In this document: positions 25,401 through 39,210 of the stretch, in pieces
Position numbering within the stretch: the stretch's first letter is position 1
How the letters are laid out: every line of letters begins with the position of its first letter
Source of the DNA: Scyliorhinus canicula
Taxonomy: Eukaryota
NCBI RefSeq assembly: GCF_902713615.1
Contig: NC_052156.1
Span: forward strand, 59,177,631-59,241,630
Length of the DNA stretch: 64,000 bases
Reading direction: 5' to 3'
Program-made: the position numbers and the translations under genes
Notes under the pieces: generated by a model
Databases searched by the model: none
What the model saw: the letters and a program-made list of their open reading frames with translations, nothing else
What the model was told of the DNA's origin: nothing

Positions 25401-26158
25401 AAGTGCTCCACTACCAGGACGACTAAGTCTGCGAACAACCCTTGACTCTGGGCAGCAAGATACGTTAAGCTTTCAATTCTGCTGAAGGTGGGCACTCCAC
25501 AGGCCATCGACAAAATACCGGTCTGGCATTCATTCCCAATGGTGGCATTCGTTTGAAAAAAAATTGCGCATGCGATCAATGTACTGCAACCAGTTGTCAG
25601 TACCTGCATCGAACGCCTCAAACTTCCCAAATTATGGCATGTCAGCGGCCATTGAAACTTCCAGAGGCTTACGGAAAGGCAGTCAAGTACTGGGGAAATG
25701 GCACCTTCTGCATAGAACATAGAACATAGAACACTACAGCGCAGTACGGGCCCTTCGGCCCTCGATGTTGCGCCGACCTGTGAAACCATCTGAAGCCTAT
25801 CTGACCTACACTATTCCATTTTCATCCATATGTCCATCCAGTGACCACTTAAATGCCCTTAAAGTTGGCGAGTCTACTACTCCACTTGATCCTCGTCGCC
25901 AGTGTTGAATCCAAGGAAGCGACCACAGAGGGGCATAAAGGATACAATGGTTTATTTGAAGGTTAAATGAAGACTCCATATACCACCACTCCCTAACAGA
26001 ACTCCCGTGACCAGCCCACACCCGGGCCAGGGTTTTAATGTACAGGTTTGTTCCCTACTAATGAGGGAGATCCACCCCCTCAGCAGGATAACTAGTATTC
26101 CTCGTGAATCTCGGGGAACCTAATCGGTCCGGTCCGGTGACTCTCATCTACGTTTACA
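22470..26158 (-). mobile_element. Old degenerate Gypsy element (5' LTR, tRNA-Ser PBS, gag-PR-RT-RH-IN remnants); 3' LTR not found
   Basis: LTR 25903-26158; PBS TGGCGACGAGGAT 25901-25889; MELDTGAA; LPFGVSPACAIFQ; IQQWALILAAYEY...HVDALSR; WWPGMD. Confidence 0.88.
25711..25885 (-). mobile_element. Short CR1 3' end inserted in the Gypsy leader
   Basis: (CATAGAA)n tail and ggcccttcggccc motif. Confidence 0.75.
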
Positions 26159-26767
26159 GCATGTATTTAAAAGCATGATAATGATTTCATGACTCAGAAT
26201 TCACTGCAATGCACTGATGTTTGTAAAAAAAAAAGTATTGCCTTCACCAATGGCCTCCAAATAATTCCTGGCTATTATCTTTACATTTCCACTGCTGGTG
26301 CAGAAACTGAGCTGACAGGTAACTGCTGTACAGCTTTTTTAAATGTACAGCGCAGCCTGCGATATCCTGCTAAACACTGTGGTCAAGGAGGTAAGGCACA
26401 AATACAGCTTCTGATGAAGGTTGAACTATTGGCGGGAGTTTTAACATGATAAGCCAGGTAGGGATTCTGTGCAGAAATAGCTAAACCTGCCCAAGGTGTC
26501 CAGATGCTGGTAAAAAGCTGCTCCACCTTTAGCCTGAGCATGTTCTGCAGCGCACACAAAATCCCGATGAGACAGGTTCAATATGTGAAATGCTCCTCAG
26601 CATTTGTTTCATAGGCTTCCCAGAACTCACCAGTTAAAACAAGGTGAGAGGACAGCTGGAGTTAATAGGGTGAAACAATTGACAGACAAGAAGACTTTAA
26701 ATACTGAGATCTCGCATAAGTGAGTCTTTTACTCACAGGATTTGTTCTGAGAGTGTGTCGTCACTGC

Positions 26768-26838
26768 TTTGGATGTAATTTCCAATATTTTGGAGGTAAT
26801 TTCCAATATTTTGGAGGTAGTTTCCAATATTTTGGAGG
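26768..26838. repeat. 21-bp tandem repeat, about 3 copies
   Basis: GTAATTTCCAATATTTTGGAG repeated. Confidence 0.9.
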
Positions 26839-27277
26839 CTATGTTTTTTACCAGCTTGAGTTTTTTGCCTTTGATCTGTGTTGGTCAATGGTTTAATTGT
26901 TCTAGGTTTGATTGGTTAGTCTGTTTCACTGATCTTTGTTCACTTACTTTATTGCTTATGCCTGTGAACACAGGAGGAGAGTTGTACTGACACCAGACTG
27001 GAAAGGATCACAGATATAGCAAAGTCACTGGCCCAGATCTTCTGTCACTGGATCACCAAAGAAAAAGGGAACAAAGAAAAGTACAGCACAGGAACAGGCC
27101 CTTCGGCCCTCCAAGCCTGTGCCGACAATGCTGCCCATCTAAACTAAAATCTTCTAAACTTCTGGGGTCCGTATCCCTCTATTCCCATCTTATTCATGTA
27201 TTTGTCAAGATGCCCCTTAAATGTCACTATCGTCCCTGCTTCCACTACCTCCTCCGGAAGCGAGTTCTAGGCACCCA

Positions 27278-29900
27278 CTACCCTCTGTGTAAAAACTTAC
27301 CTCGTACATCTCCTCTAAACCTTGCTCCTCGCACCTTAAACCTATGCCCCCTAGTAATTGACCCCTCTACCCTGGGGAAACGCCTCTGACTATCCACTCT
27401 GTCTATGCCCCTCATAATTTTATAGACCTCTATCAGGTTGCCCCTCAACCTCCGTCGTTCTAGTGAGAAAAAACCAAGTTTATTTAACCTCCCCTCATAG
27501 CTAATGCCCTCCATACCAGGCAACATCCTGGTAAATATCTTCTGCACCCTCTCTAAAGCCTCCACATCCTTCTGGCAATGTGGCGACCAGAATTGAACAC
27601 TATACTCCAAGTGTGGCCTAACTAAGGTTCTACACAGCTGCAACATGACTTGCCAATTTTTATACTCAATGCCCCGGCAAATGAAGGGAAGCATGCTGTA
27701 TGCCTTCTTGACTACCTTCTCCACCTGTGTTGCCGCTTTCAATGATCTGTGGACCTGTACAGCTAGATCTCTCTGACTGTCAATACTCTTGAGGGTTCTA
27801 CCATTCACTGTATATTCCCTACCTGCAATAGACCTTGCAAAATGCATTACCTCACATTTGTCCGGATTAAGCTCCATCTGCCATCACTCCGCCCAAGTCT
27901 CCAAACAATCTAAATCTTGCTGTATCCTCTGATAGTCCTCATCGCTATTCGCAATTCCACCAACTTTTGTGTCGTCTGCAAACTTACTAATCAGACCAGT
28001 TACATTTTCTTCCAAATCATTTATATATACTACGAACAGCAAGGATCCCAGCACTGATCCCTGCGGAACACCACTAGTCACAGCCCTCCAATCAGAAAAG
28101 CGTTGTTCCATTGCTGCTCTCTGCCTTCTGACCTAGCCAGTTCTATATCCACCTTACCAGCTCACCCCTGAACCCGTGTGACTTCATCTTTTGTACCAGT
28201 CTGCCATGAGGGACCTTGTCAAAGGCCTTACTGAAGTCCATATAGACAACACCACTGCCCTACTTACATCAATCATCTTTGTGACCTCCTCGAAAACCTC
28301 TGTCAAGTTAATGAGACACGACCTCCCCTTCACAAAACTGTGCTGCCTCTCGCTAAAACATCTATTTGCTTACAAATGGGAGTAGTTCCTGTCTCGAAGA
28401 ATTCTCTCCAGTAATTTCCCTACCACTAACGTAGTTCCCTGGATTAATCTTGCTACCCTTCTTAAACAAAGGAACAACATTGGCTATTCTCCAGTCCTCC
28501 GGAACATCACCTGATGACAGTGAGGATCCAAAGATTTCTGTTAAGGCGTCAACAATTTCCCCTCTAGCCTCCTTCAGTATTCAGGGGTAGATCCCATCAG
28601 GCACTGGGGACTTACCTATCTTCATATTTTTCAAGACGCCCAACACCTCATCTTTTTGGATCTCAATGTGACCCAGGCTATCTACACACCCTTCTCCAGA
28701 CTCAACATCCACCAATTCCTTCTCTGTGGTGAAAACTGATGCAAAGTATTCATTTAGTACCTCGCCCACTTCCTCTGGCTCCACACATAGATTCCCTCGC
28801 TTGTCCTTCATTGGGCCCACCCTTTCACTGGCTACCCTCTTGCTTTTTATGTACGTGTAAAAAGCCTTGGGATTTTCCTTAACCCTATTTGGCAATGACT
28901 TTTTATGACCCCTTTTAGCCCTCCTGACTCCTTGCTTAAGTTCCTTCCTACTTTCCTTATATTCCGCACAGGCTTCGTCCGTTTCCAGCCTTCTAGCCCT
29001 GACAAATGCCTCCTTTTTCTTTTTGACAAGGCCTACAATATCTCTCGTTATCCAAGGTTCCCGAAATTTGCCGTATTTATCCTTCTTCCGCACAGGAACA
29101 TGCCGGTCCTGAATTCCTTTCAACTGACATTTGAAAGCCTCGCACATGTCAGATGTTGATTTACCCTCAAACATCCGCCCCCAATCTCGGTTCTTCAGTT
29201 CCTGCCTAATATTGTTATAATTAACCTTCCCCCAATTTAGCACATTCACCCTAGGACCACTCTTCTTCTTGTCCACCAGCACTTTAAAACTTACTGAATT
29301 GTGGTCACTGTTCCCGAAATGCTCCCCTACTGAAACTTCTACCACCTGGCCGGGCTCATTCCCCAAAAACAGGTCCAGTATAGCCCCTTCCCTAGTTGGA
29401 CTATCTACATATTGTTTTAATAAGCCCTCCTGGATGCTCCTTACAAACTCTGCCCCATCCAATCCCCTAGCACTAAGTGAGTCCCAGTCAATATTGGAGA
29501 AGTTAAAGTCTCCCATCACAACAACTCTGTTGCTTTTACTCCTTTCCAAAATCTGTCTACCTATCTGCTTCTCTATTTCCCGCTGGCTGTTGGGTGGCTT
29601 GTAGTAAACCCCCAATATTGTGACTGCACTCTTCTTATTCCTGATCTCTGCCCTCTGAGGTGTCCTCCCGCAATACAGCTGTGATATTCTCCCTAACCAG
29701 TAGCACAACTCCTCCACCCCTTTTACATCCCCCTCTATCCTGCTTGAAACATCTAAATCCTGGAACGTTTAGCTGCCAATCCTGTCCTTCCCTCAACCAG
29801 GCAACAACATCATAGTTCCAAGTACTAATCCAAGCTCTAAGTTCATCTGCCTTACCTGTTATACTTCTTGCATTAAAACATATGCACTTCAGGCCACCAG
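27278..29900 (-). pseudogene. CR1 ORF2 (APE endonuclease and reverse transcriptase), frameshifted
   Basis: CFNARSI, GVYYKPP, MGDFNF, ILDL, SDHN; SGVPQGSVLG, KFADDTK; LVRPHLEY..QFWSP. Confidence 0.93.
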
Positions 29901-30026
29901 ACCCATTGTTTTCAGCAACATCTCCCTGTCTGCTCTTCCTCAGAGCCATACCTTTCCTATTCCCTAGTTCTCCCTCAATTTTTTCACCTTCTGACCTATT
30001 GCTCCGGTACCCACCCCCCTGCCACA

Positions 30027-30820
30027 CTAGTTTAAACCCTCCCGTGTGACACTAGCAAACCTCACGGCCAGGATATTTATGCCTCTCCAGTTTAGATGCA
30101 ACCCTTCCTTCTTACACAGGTCACACCTGCCCCTGAAGAGCTCCCAGTGGTCCAGATAATGGAAACCCTCCCTCCTACACCAGCTGTTTAGCCACGTGTT
30201 TAACTGCTTTATTTTCCTATTTCTAGCCTCACTGGCACGTGACACAGGGAGTAATCCCGAGATTACAACCCCAGAGGTCCTGTCTTTTAACTTACTGCCT
30301 AGCTCCCTGAACTCCTGCTGCAGTAACTCATGCCCCTTCCTGCCTATGTCGTTAGTTCCAATATGTATAACAACCTCTGCTTGTTTGCCCTCCCCCTTCA
30401 GGATGCCCGCTACCCATTCGGAGACATCCTGGATCCTGGCTTGGGAGGCAAAATACCATCCTGGAGTCTCTTTCACGTCCACAGAAGTGCCTATCTATGC
30501 CCCTGACTATAGTGTCCCCTGTGACTATTGCTCTTCTGCGCTTTGACCCTCCCTGCTGAACATCAGAGGTAGCCATAGTGCCACCACTCTGGCTGCTGCT
30601 GTTTTCCCCTGATAGGCTATTCCCCCCCCCAACAGTATCCAAAGTTTAAGAGGGGGACAATCGCAGGTGATTTCTGCACTGATTGCCTGCCCCTTCTGGT
30701 GGTCAACCATCTCTCTGCCTGCACCTTGGGTGTGACCACATCTCTATAACTGCTGTCTATAACTCTTTCCGCCACCTGCATGCTCCTAAGTGCATCCAAT
30801 TGCTGCTCCAACCGAACCAC
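30027..30820 (-). pseudogene. CR1 ORF1 with SGNH/GDSL esterase domain
   Basis: AIVTGDTIVRG, VIHIGTNDI, GLHLN motifs and an upstream coiled coil. Confidence 0.88.
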
Positions 30821-30924
30821 GCGGTCTGTGAGGAGCTGCTATTGGTTACATTTGCTGCAGATGTAGTTGACCGGAACGCTGGTCGACTACAGCACTGGGG
30901 ACTAGATGTACTCCACAAAATGTT

Positions 30925-31110
30925 CTTCAGGTCCAAAGATGTGCTGATTAGGTGGATTGGCCATGCTAAATTGTCCTTTAGTGTCCCTGGATGTACAGGT
31001 TAGGTTACAGGGATAGCGCGGGGGAGTGGGCCTAGGTGGGGTGTTCTTTCAGAGGATTGATGCAGACTCGATGGGCTAAGTGGCCTCCATCTGCATTGTA
31101 AGAATTCTAT
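30925..31110 (+). mobile_element. Partial SINE (3' half)
   Basis: gtccaaagatgtg...ggattggccatgctaaattg core. Confidence 0.75.
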
Positions 31111-32289
31111 TCCAGGACTCTGCAGGAGCCCCAATGCAGTGACTCTGTGAATTGCCCGGGAATTTCCAACTTCCAAAGGGAAATTCCCCAAGCCCCCATG
31201 GACCGGCCAAGAAAAAGTCTCTGACTTGGAGTTAGTAAATTCCTACTTGAACTCCTGCATACAACTGAACAGTTCAACCCCTCCCCCTTAATTCTGACTA
31301 TCCCCCTTAACCCCTGACTCATCTAGCCCAACCACCTGACTTCCCCCAACCACATATCAATCCACCTCAATCAGACAAGCACCAACTACCCAACTTATTC
31401 CCTCATGCCCAAACCTAATTGGTCTCCCCCATCCAACTCTCCCATCAATTGGCCGCAAGTGCCCCCAGGACCGATCTGACTAGCCCATGACACGACTACC
31501 TCTGACCCACCTATCCATTCGCCCATCCTAATCACCTCACTTACCTGCCACCTCACCCACCTGTCATGCTGCCCATCGACCACTCTACCCAGCTGCTGCA
31601 CTGCCACTTATCTCACCCACTTACCTCATCCACTCTACCCACTTACACAGCCACTCATTCATTTATCCTTTCACCCATACACGTTATTTAATGCTATCTC
31701 AAAGCTTTTCAGAATAACATTTTAGTGCGCTAATGAACATTTAAAAAAACACCGCTGCTAGTGCAGTAAATGGGGAATGTGGCTCCTCTCCCCCCGACAA
31801 TCCAACGTTACAAGGACGCAGTTTAATTGAAGACCACTCTGCATTTCTGAAGTAGTTGAGAGCGAGGACCAGCCAGAAATGGAGTGTTCCATCAAGATGC
31901 ACATAAGTAGAAGTGGAGAAGTAATTTGATAGTGATAGGCATTCTTTTGAAGATTTTGGCTTGTGTTTTGAGAATCTTGTAAGTTCTGAGATGTTTTGAA
32001 GTATTTTAAATAAATATTTGGAGCTAGAGTCATCTCTGAGATAAATGAGATATGCAGCAAACCGATGAGTACATAAAAAGCTGCATTTTTCTGCTGTCAA
32101 CCATCAGATCAGACTGGATGCCACTTACGCAGCTATACCTTGGACTCAGATGAAGCATAAAAGGAGAAGCAGTAGGATCAACAACAGCAAAACCAGCGTG
32201 AACAGCACCAGCCTCCTTCTCAATCACATGTCACCCTGCAGGTCAGAAGGGATAAGCATGGGTCTCCAGCTCACAGGTGACAATGCCCC

Positions 32290-33060
32290 CAAAACAGGGT
32301 ATAGAGGTAGAGGATAAACTTCCTGGACTTGACTGAGCATTATTAACCCTGCAGACCCTCAGATGGTCACTGACATTTTCAGCCTCCTGGAAGAAGACCT
32401 TTTTCCCCAAATGGACCAGGTGGCTATGCATTGTCAGTGCTGGCCAAGGTCCCCAAAATCTATAATTTCTTCACCTCCAGTTTTGTTCAAGGATCTTCAT
32501 AGAACAGTACAGCACAGAACAGGCCCTTCGGCCCTCGATGTTGTGCCGAGCAATGATCACCCTACTCAAACCCATGTATCCACCCTATACCCGTAACCCA
32601 ACAACCCCCCCCCCCCCAACCTTACTTTTTTAGGACAATACGGGCAATTTAGCATGGCCAATCCACCTAACCCGCACATCTTTGGACTGTGGGAGGAAAC
32701 CGGAGCACCCGGAGGAAACCCACGCACACACGGGGAGGACGTGCAGACTCCGCACAGACAGTGACCCAGCCGGGAACCGAACCTGGGACCCTGGAGCTGT
32801 GAAGCATTTATGCTAACCACCATGCTACCGTGCTGCCCTAAAAGACCTGGTAAAAGTCGTAGAATCTCACATTCAACTGGCCAAAGGTACAATTTATAGG
32901 TGATGGATGCCCTGTTTGTTAGGGTCAGCACGAAAGTGCACTTTGCTCCTCATGAGGCCAGTCAAAATGAACAGGTGCTTAGCTTTGCTACTCTAGCTGG
33001 CTACCCAGCAGTCCAGGGAGTCACAGATTTCACAGATATGGCAATTAAGGCACCTCATAA
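32290..33060 (+). pseudogene. Harbinger transposase N-terminal remnant split by a SINE
   Basis: INFLDLTE...VTDIFSLLEEDLFP; later FATLAGYPAVQG...MAIKAP. Confidence 0.65.
32497..32838 (-). mobile_element. tRNA-derived SINE
   Basis: Full head, core and tail. Confidence 0.9.
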
Positions 33061-33639
33061 TATCACACAAGAACCTTCATCATCAGAAATGGACTCCTCT
33101 CCTTAAGTGTTCACTTGGTCCAGAAACATAGATTCACAGAATTATTACAGCACAGAAGGGAAGCCCAAGGGAAAGTAAGAAGAGAACACCCCCCCCCCCC
33201 CCCCCCCCCCCCCCACCACCCCCACCCTCCCCGCACCTGAACAAGGGTGTCTGGATGGAAATATGAAGGAAGGTCAGCAGCCATGTGGTCAATCCCCCCA
33301 ATCCTTGATGCAACTGCAAGCAGCTGCATGACCTCCATTCAGCCAGAGTGAGTCCTAGATATCGGTATCAGCGTTGAGGCCTGCATATGGTAATGCAGGT
33401 GGTGCATGAGATGGAGAGACAGGGAGCAGACAGGTGATGGCAGTGGGGAATAGCAGCACCAGCTAGTTTTTGATGTATGGCACCACCTTGACAACAGTCA
33501 CATGCCTGTCTTCACATACCCACTCCATGTCCTGGAGTTTTCACATATGAAGGAGGTATTCAGGAGCCTCCATCACAGGGAAAAAGATACCACCAACATA
33601 TGTGCCATCTTTGTCTTTATGTGGAAACTCAAAGTCCCT

Positions 33640-33800
33640 TGTTCTACCTGCAGGAGAAAGCGGCCGGCAATAGTAAGGAGAGATCAAAACCCAGTGGAGG
33701 AATCTCAGACTCACATTACTGACACCAGCAGAGAAGACGACTCTGGGAGTGACTGGATCAGAGGGCAGGCAGCCAATTGTAGATGGCAAAACTGAACTGA
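33640..33800 (+). pseudogene. Harbinger Myb/SANT partner gene fragment
   Basis: EKAAGNSKERSKPSGG resembles the conserved ...RER.KTGGG motif. Confidence 0.5.
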
Positions 33801-34069
33801 GACCAGCATGATTGGGAGGAGGAGGAGATATGCATCCCAGTTTGTGTTCGCCCATGCAGATTTCCACACTCTAGGACAGCCAGTCACAGAGACTGGGACA
33901 CTGCTGTCTACCTCTGAGAAGGCTAACAAGAGGAATCGTTAGAGGGTGCTGCATCACATCATTCTCCCCACACCCTCCACATGCGCAGACTCACATTTAA
34001 TCAGATCTGGGTTTACAATTAAATTCAAGCTCACCAGCTGGTGAGCACAGCACGCACACCGGGATGTCA

Positions 34070-34350
34070 TAGTTGGCACAAAGGAAGATGGCTATGGTGG
34101 TTGGAGGTCAATCCACTCAGCTCCATGACATCACTGCAGGTGTTCCTTGGGGTAGTGTCCTAGGCCCAACATTTTCAGTTGCTTCATCAATGACCTTCCT
34201 TCCATCATAAGGTCAAAAGTGGGGATGTTCGCAGATGACTGCACAATGGTCAGCACCATTCACAACTGCTCAGATACTGAAGCAGTCCATGTCCAAATGC
34301 AACAGGACCTGGACAATATCCAGGTTTGGGCTGACAGGTGGCAAGTAATC
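34070..34350 (+). mobile_element. LINE RT fragment (CR1/L2 clade)
   Basis: GVPWGSVLGP...FINDL...MFADD. Confidence 0.8.
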
Positions 34351-36399
34351 ACCAACTGCATCATGTAAATAAAACTAAATTACCTTGTTGATGATCTCGA
34401 TTGGCTTTCTGCCGTGTCTTTGTGGCAACGCCGTCTTTGATCTTCCGCTATTGTGAACTGACATCACAATAACGGGGTTCTGGCCTAGGGTGTTTCCTCC
34501 TCCAGCCTCTGAACCCACTCCCAACGATCCATTAAATTTCAACCAATGGCTTCCAACTTCCCAATATTTAATTGGAGGAAATTTCTGCTCATCCAGTGCT
34601 GGGTGTCTGGTAAACTGTCTGATAAATCAGCAACAGTGGAGGAGCCAGGAGAGGTGGTGGTGAGGTAAAGCTGATTGTGTATGTGTGAAAATTAACAGTG
34701 TACTTTCTGAGGATGTGACCAAGGTCCACCCTGTGGATGAGAAATAGGAGAGAAGCAGAAACCAATCAATATCTGGATGCTGCGGTGGAACTCAGACTGT
34801 TTTCATGCAGCCTCTGCTTATTTAGAGTAATAGGGCTGGATTTTATGAGTTGCTGTGTTCTCCACCCTCCCCCCATGAATAAACATCAATTGGCTGCCCC
34901 CCCCCCCCCCCCCCACATGGAAAGCCAGCTGCCCCACAGCCAGTTTTCTCCTGGCGGGGGGTGGGGATATGGGGGTTAATTAGCTCACAGCGAAACTTTT
35001 GCATCCATATGGTGAGAAAGTGCCCCCCCCCCTCTCCCCCCCCCCCCCCCCCCCCCGGACAATTCAAATGGTGATGGGGGCCAGACTGAAGGTAAGTCCT
35101 GGCTATTGGTGGCCTTTGAAAGAGGTTAGATAGGGAGGTTTAGAGGACATGACCTTGGGGAATGGGGACAGGGGTGGTCGTGCCTTTGATGGACTAAAGG
35201 AAGATTCCCCCACGTCTTGCTTGACAACGTGCCTGTCCAGTAATAGCTGCTGAGCTACCCATTAGGCTCGGCCTCCCCCTGCTGCTGGTAAAATAGCGGC
35301 AGGGACAAGATGGCGCACTGAAGTTTCCATTTAAGGGCCTCAATTGGCCAGAGAGTGGGCAGGCTGTTGTCACCTTCATTGCCACCTGTAAAATGGGGGA
35401 CCGGTAGGGGACAGGCAGGAAGGCAGCCACACACTGTATTTTATGAGCACCCCCACATCTTCAAACATGTTGGCGGGGGAGTGTAACCTTAAGGCATTAA
35501 CATTGAGCATATTGAGTCTATGCTGGCTCTCTGCCGAGCAATCCAATCAGTCCCATTCCACTTCTCTATCCTTCTATCGCTGCAAGTTTATTTCCCTCAA
35601 GTGTCAAACCAATTTATTTTGAAATCATTCATAATCTCCACTTCCAGCACTCTCGTAGGCATTGAGCTGCCATATCATCTCAGAATGCTGTCATCGTGGC
35701 TGTAGATGCCAGTGTTCAAAGTGGTTTTCAAGCTGTCACAACAGTCCAGCAACATTTGCTGCAACAGATTACTCGAATTACTGATCAATGTATGTGTGAA
35801 AAATAACATTATGCTTTCTGAGGATGTGACCAAGGGATACCCTGTAGATGAGAAATAGGAGAGAATTACTGAGGTGCCACCGCAGGGGAATAGTAGTGTT
35901 TGCGTGGAGCATGAACCTGCTGTCATCTCTCAGGATGATAGCCTTCACACTCCCACTTCTGCCAAGTCACCAGTACCCTTTCTATTGCCTGTCAGCTCGC
36001 CAGCCCAGACAGCTGCTGTCAACCATGCTGAGATGGTGCAGTCCAAAGGAGGGCCTTCTAGACCCAGAGTTATTTGAGGTTATCCTTTAAGGCAACCTGC
36101 AGTCTCTCATACTCAAAGTCAGTATCCTTCTACAGCCAAGACAGAAAAGGCACATGGATGTTAGGCGCAAAAGGATTGCACAACGGTTATTAGGTAGTAT
36201 GCAATGTGTCAATTTATCAAGTTAATTTGAAATTTTTATTTTGTGATGACTTTGTTTTTACATTCTCGCTAAATTGCCACTGTGATGGTCAATGACAGGA
36301 AAGTTAAAGTGTGGGACTATTGGTGAATGAGGAATTTGAGTTGAGGTTACTCATATCACATTCATAGAAACATAGAACGCGAGTTAATCAGAAAACATT

Positions 36400-37285
36400 C
36401 TAGGCGGGATTAATGGGGTCATTCCTGGCACCTGTAGCACTGGGAACGATCCCACTATCTAATGGCACTTTGTTGATATTTCGGCCCCATGTAGGGAATG
36501 CCCCCCTGTGGCTGCACTTAACTTCATTTCCTGCACTGAGGAGGTTGGACGAGCGGACCTCTTCAGCGCCGGAAGAGATTGGGGCACCATTTTCAAATGG
36601 TGTCCCGATCACTTGGCCTCCCCCCACCCCCCGATGCAGTCTCCGGAACCCCCAATGCACCAACTCACCTGTAAGGGGGTCCTCGGCCCCGTGCACCCAC
36701 CTCATATGGGCAGGGCACCTCCGGACCCAATTCCTGGCGCAAGCAAAATGCCGGCCTGGCACCATGGCACTGCAAGTTTGGAATCCTGGAAGTGCCCCTG
36801 CCAATGTGTTAGTGCTACCTGGGCATCATGGCAGTGTCAGGGTTCCACCCAGGTGGCACTGCCAGGGTGGCACTGCCATAGTGACAAGCTGGCAGTGCCA
36901 AGAAGTCTGGGTGGCCCGGTAGGGCCAAGATACCAGCCTGGTCAGAGGTTGACAACCCGGTGCCATTCAATTGCCTGGGAGACTGCCCCCCCACTACTGT
37001 TCCACCTGCACCCCATTTGAGGGGACAAGTGCCACACGGTGCCCAGCTGGGGTCTCCTCAGCAGAGCCAGTGGATGCCGGGTGGCTAGCGTAGACATAGT
37101 TAAGTGGGCATTTAAACTCACTTAACTATGCAAGTCTGGGTCCTGCCCATTGTGGACAGGATCCAAATCGCAACATCGATATCGCGAGGCGTAACAACCA
37201 TTGGAACCCCGGGCGAGCCATCTCTCTGGATCTACAAGTTGCATCATGCCGGAATCAGGATGGGATGCGCCAGTATATCGCTCCC
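36400..37285. mobile_element. GC-rich non-autonomous DNA transposon (MITE-like)
   Basis: GGCGGGATT start; repeated tggca/tgcca motifs shared with 62990-63850. Confidence 0.55.
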
Positions 37286-37745
37286 ATAGAAAATAGAAAC
37301 AGGAGTAGACCATTTGGCTCTTCTAGCCTGCTCCACCGTTTCTAATGATCATGGCTGATGCTCCCACATTCCCCCTATATCCTTTGATCCCTTTAGTCCC
37401 AAAAACGACATCTAACTTCTTGAAAACATAATATTTTGGCCTCAACTGTTTTCTGTGGTATAGAATTCCACAGGCTTCCCACTCTCTGGGTGAAGAAATT
37501 TCTCTTCACCTCAGTCCTAAATGGTTGACCCCGTATCCTCAGACTGTGACCCCTGGTTCTGGAGCCCTCCCCCCGCTGCCATTGGGAACATCCTTTCTGC
37601 ATCTGCCCTGTCTAGTCCTGTTAGAATTTTATAGGTTTCTGTGAGATTCTCCCCTCATTCTTCTAAACTCCAGTGAATATAAACCTATCCGACTCAATCT
37701 CTCCTCATACGACTGTCCCGTCATCCCAGGAATCAGTCTGGTCTA
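37286..37745 (-). mobile_element. CR1 3' fragment
   Basis: catagaaa tail; SRTRGHSLRIRGQPFRTEVKRNFFTQRV. Confidence 0.8.
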
Positions 37746-37849
37746 TTTCTTCATACATAGCCAGGTTAGAAATGGGCTGTCCAGGTTACCACTTTTCTTC
37801 TTTCCCCTCTCCATCTTCTTCCTCCCATTCATCTTCTATTTGCTTAGCT

Positions 37850-38450
37850 GCTCACAGTGTAGTTTGTGGAAAGGGCTACCTTTTCATGCTGGTGAGGTTC
37901 CACAACATTCAGCAGACCACCACACACCTTGACAGCTGCTCTGCCACGTAAATAATGTTCCACCAGCTGGTGGAAACACTGTTTCAGCAAGACAATGGTT
38001 TGTGCTCTCATATTTCACTTGGGCAGCATGCTTTTTTTGTGTGCTGCCCCCCCCCCCCCCCCCCCCCCCCCCCACACCACCATGTGTGTGGACTCTACAC
38101 TGGTGAAATCAGCCATGTCATTAATGAATAGTCCTTTTTTGCCCAGTAACCACTGTTTGCTTCCCAGCGATGGCACAAATACAGCTGGCACGCTGGGCTG
38201 CCACAGATTGAAGACACTGCTGCCAGAGTACCAGGCATTTATCTGCACAATTCATTGCCCATGGTCAAACACCAGATGGATGTTGAGGGAGTGGAAACTC
38301 TTTCAGTTCCAGTATAGGGATTCCATTGCCCACAAAGTGATGTGTATTCAGTCACTGGCATCCTGCAACACGGGGAGGCCTGTAGTACTCGTAAATCCAT
38401 GTGTTCATTCTGGCTGCTGGCCTCCGGCTTGAAAGAATGAAATGTAGTTT
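37850..38450 (-). pseudogene. Harbinger transposase C-terminal remnant
   Basis: QINAWYSGSS..NLWQPSVPAVF...WLLGKKG, a degenerate ARYPGS.HD...WLLGDKGY. Confidence 0.7.
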
Positions 38451-39210
38451 TTGTCGTAACTGAGTGCCTTATTAACACCCTTATGCAACGTTAAGGGCTA
38501 TTCAGAGTCATTTTACCAGGTTGTCAGCATTTTGCTGATGGCAGACTGACACCCCACTGTATGGGAAAGCCGCCAAGCTAAATAGAGGCAGCCACCCAGC
38601 CTAGGGTGGGTAGTTATTTTCAAATCAATGATGCGTTCCTGGGCAATGAAGGCAGTCCCCTGAGCCATAGAGATTTACCTGAAGGAGTTTCCCCTCCTGC
38701 AATGGGCATTTCAAATGTTTCAAGTTTTTATTTCCTCACCTGCTGGATAAAACAGGTCTCCACCATCCATGGGTGCATGCCCACAACCCACTTTTCTGAC
38801 TAATGGTGGGCCATCCATAAGATCGGAAAGAAATTCAGCCCAATGACTCTGTCTTGGAAAATGATCCACACACAGAATTGGCGAGTGAAGTTCACAAATG
38901 GTACTGTTGTGAATCTTTGAATTTATAGATGATGTTGAATTGAGTCTTGTTCCAGACGGTTGCCTTTAAGCACACTTTCCTTCAAGGCTTTCAGTTTGAG
39001 ATTTCTGTTTTAGTCTGCAATGTTTTTTCCTAATTCCCACCTGTCCTGTCATTAGTATCTCATGCACTCCCCGCAGTACTTCCCTCAGACTCTCTGTAAT
39101 TATGGATGAAGCTCCTGCCAAAACATTCTCCAAAATTAAATCTACTCTGTCCACTTATAATGCCTTAACCGCTCCGACTATTGCTGGATTTGACGCTAAG
39201 TCATACAACA

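Larger units (their letters stand above)
27060..30880 (-). mobile_element. Near full-length CR1 LINE
   Basis: ORF1 esterase, ORF2 endonuclease and RT, 3' tail at about 27060. Confidence 0.95.

Noticed and set aside
31741-32100. ORFs at 31741-32100 and 52025-52216 as host exons
   Set aside because: The two regions resemble each other in inverted orientation, so they are copies of a dispersed repeat
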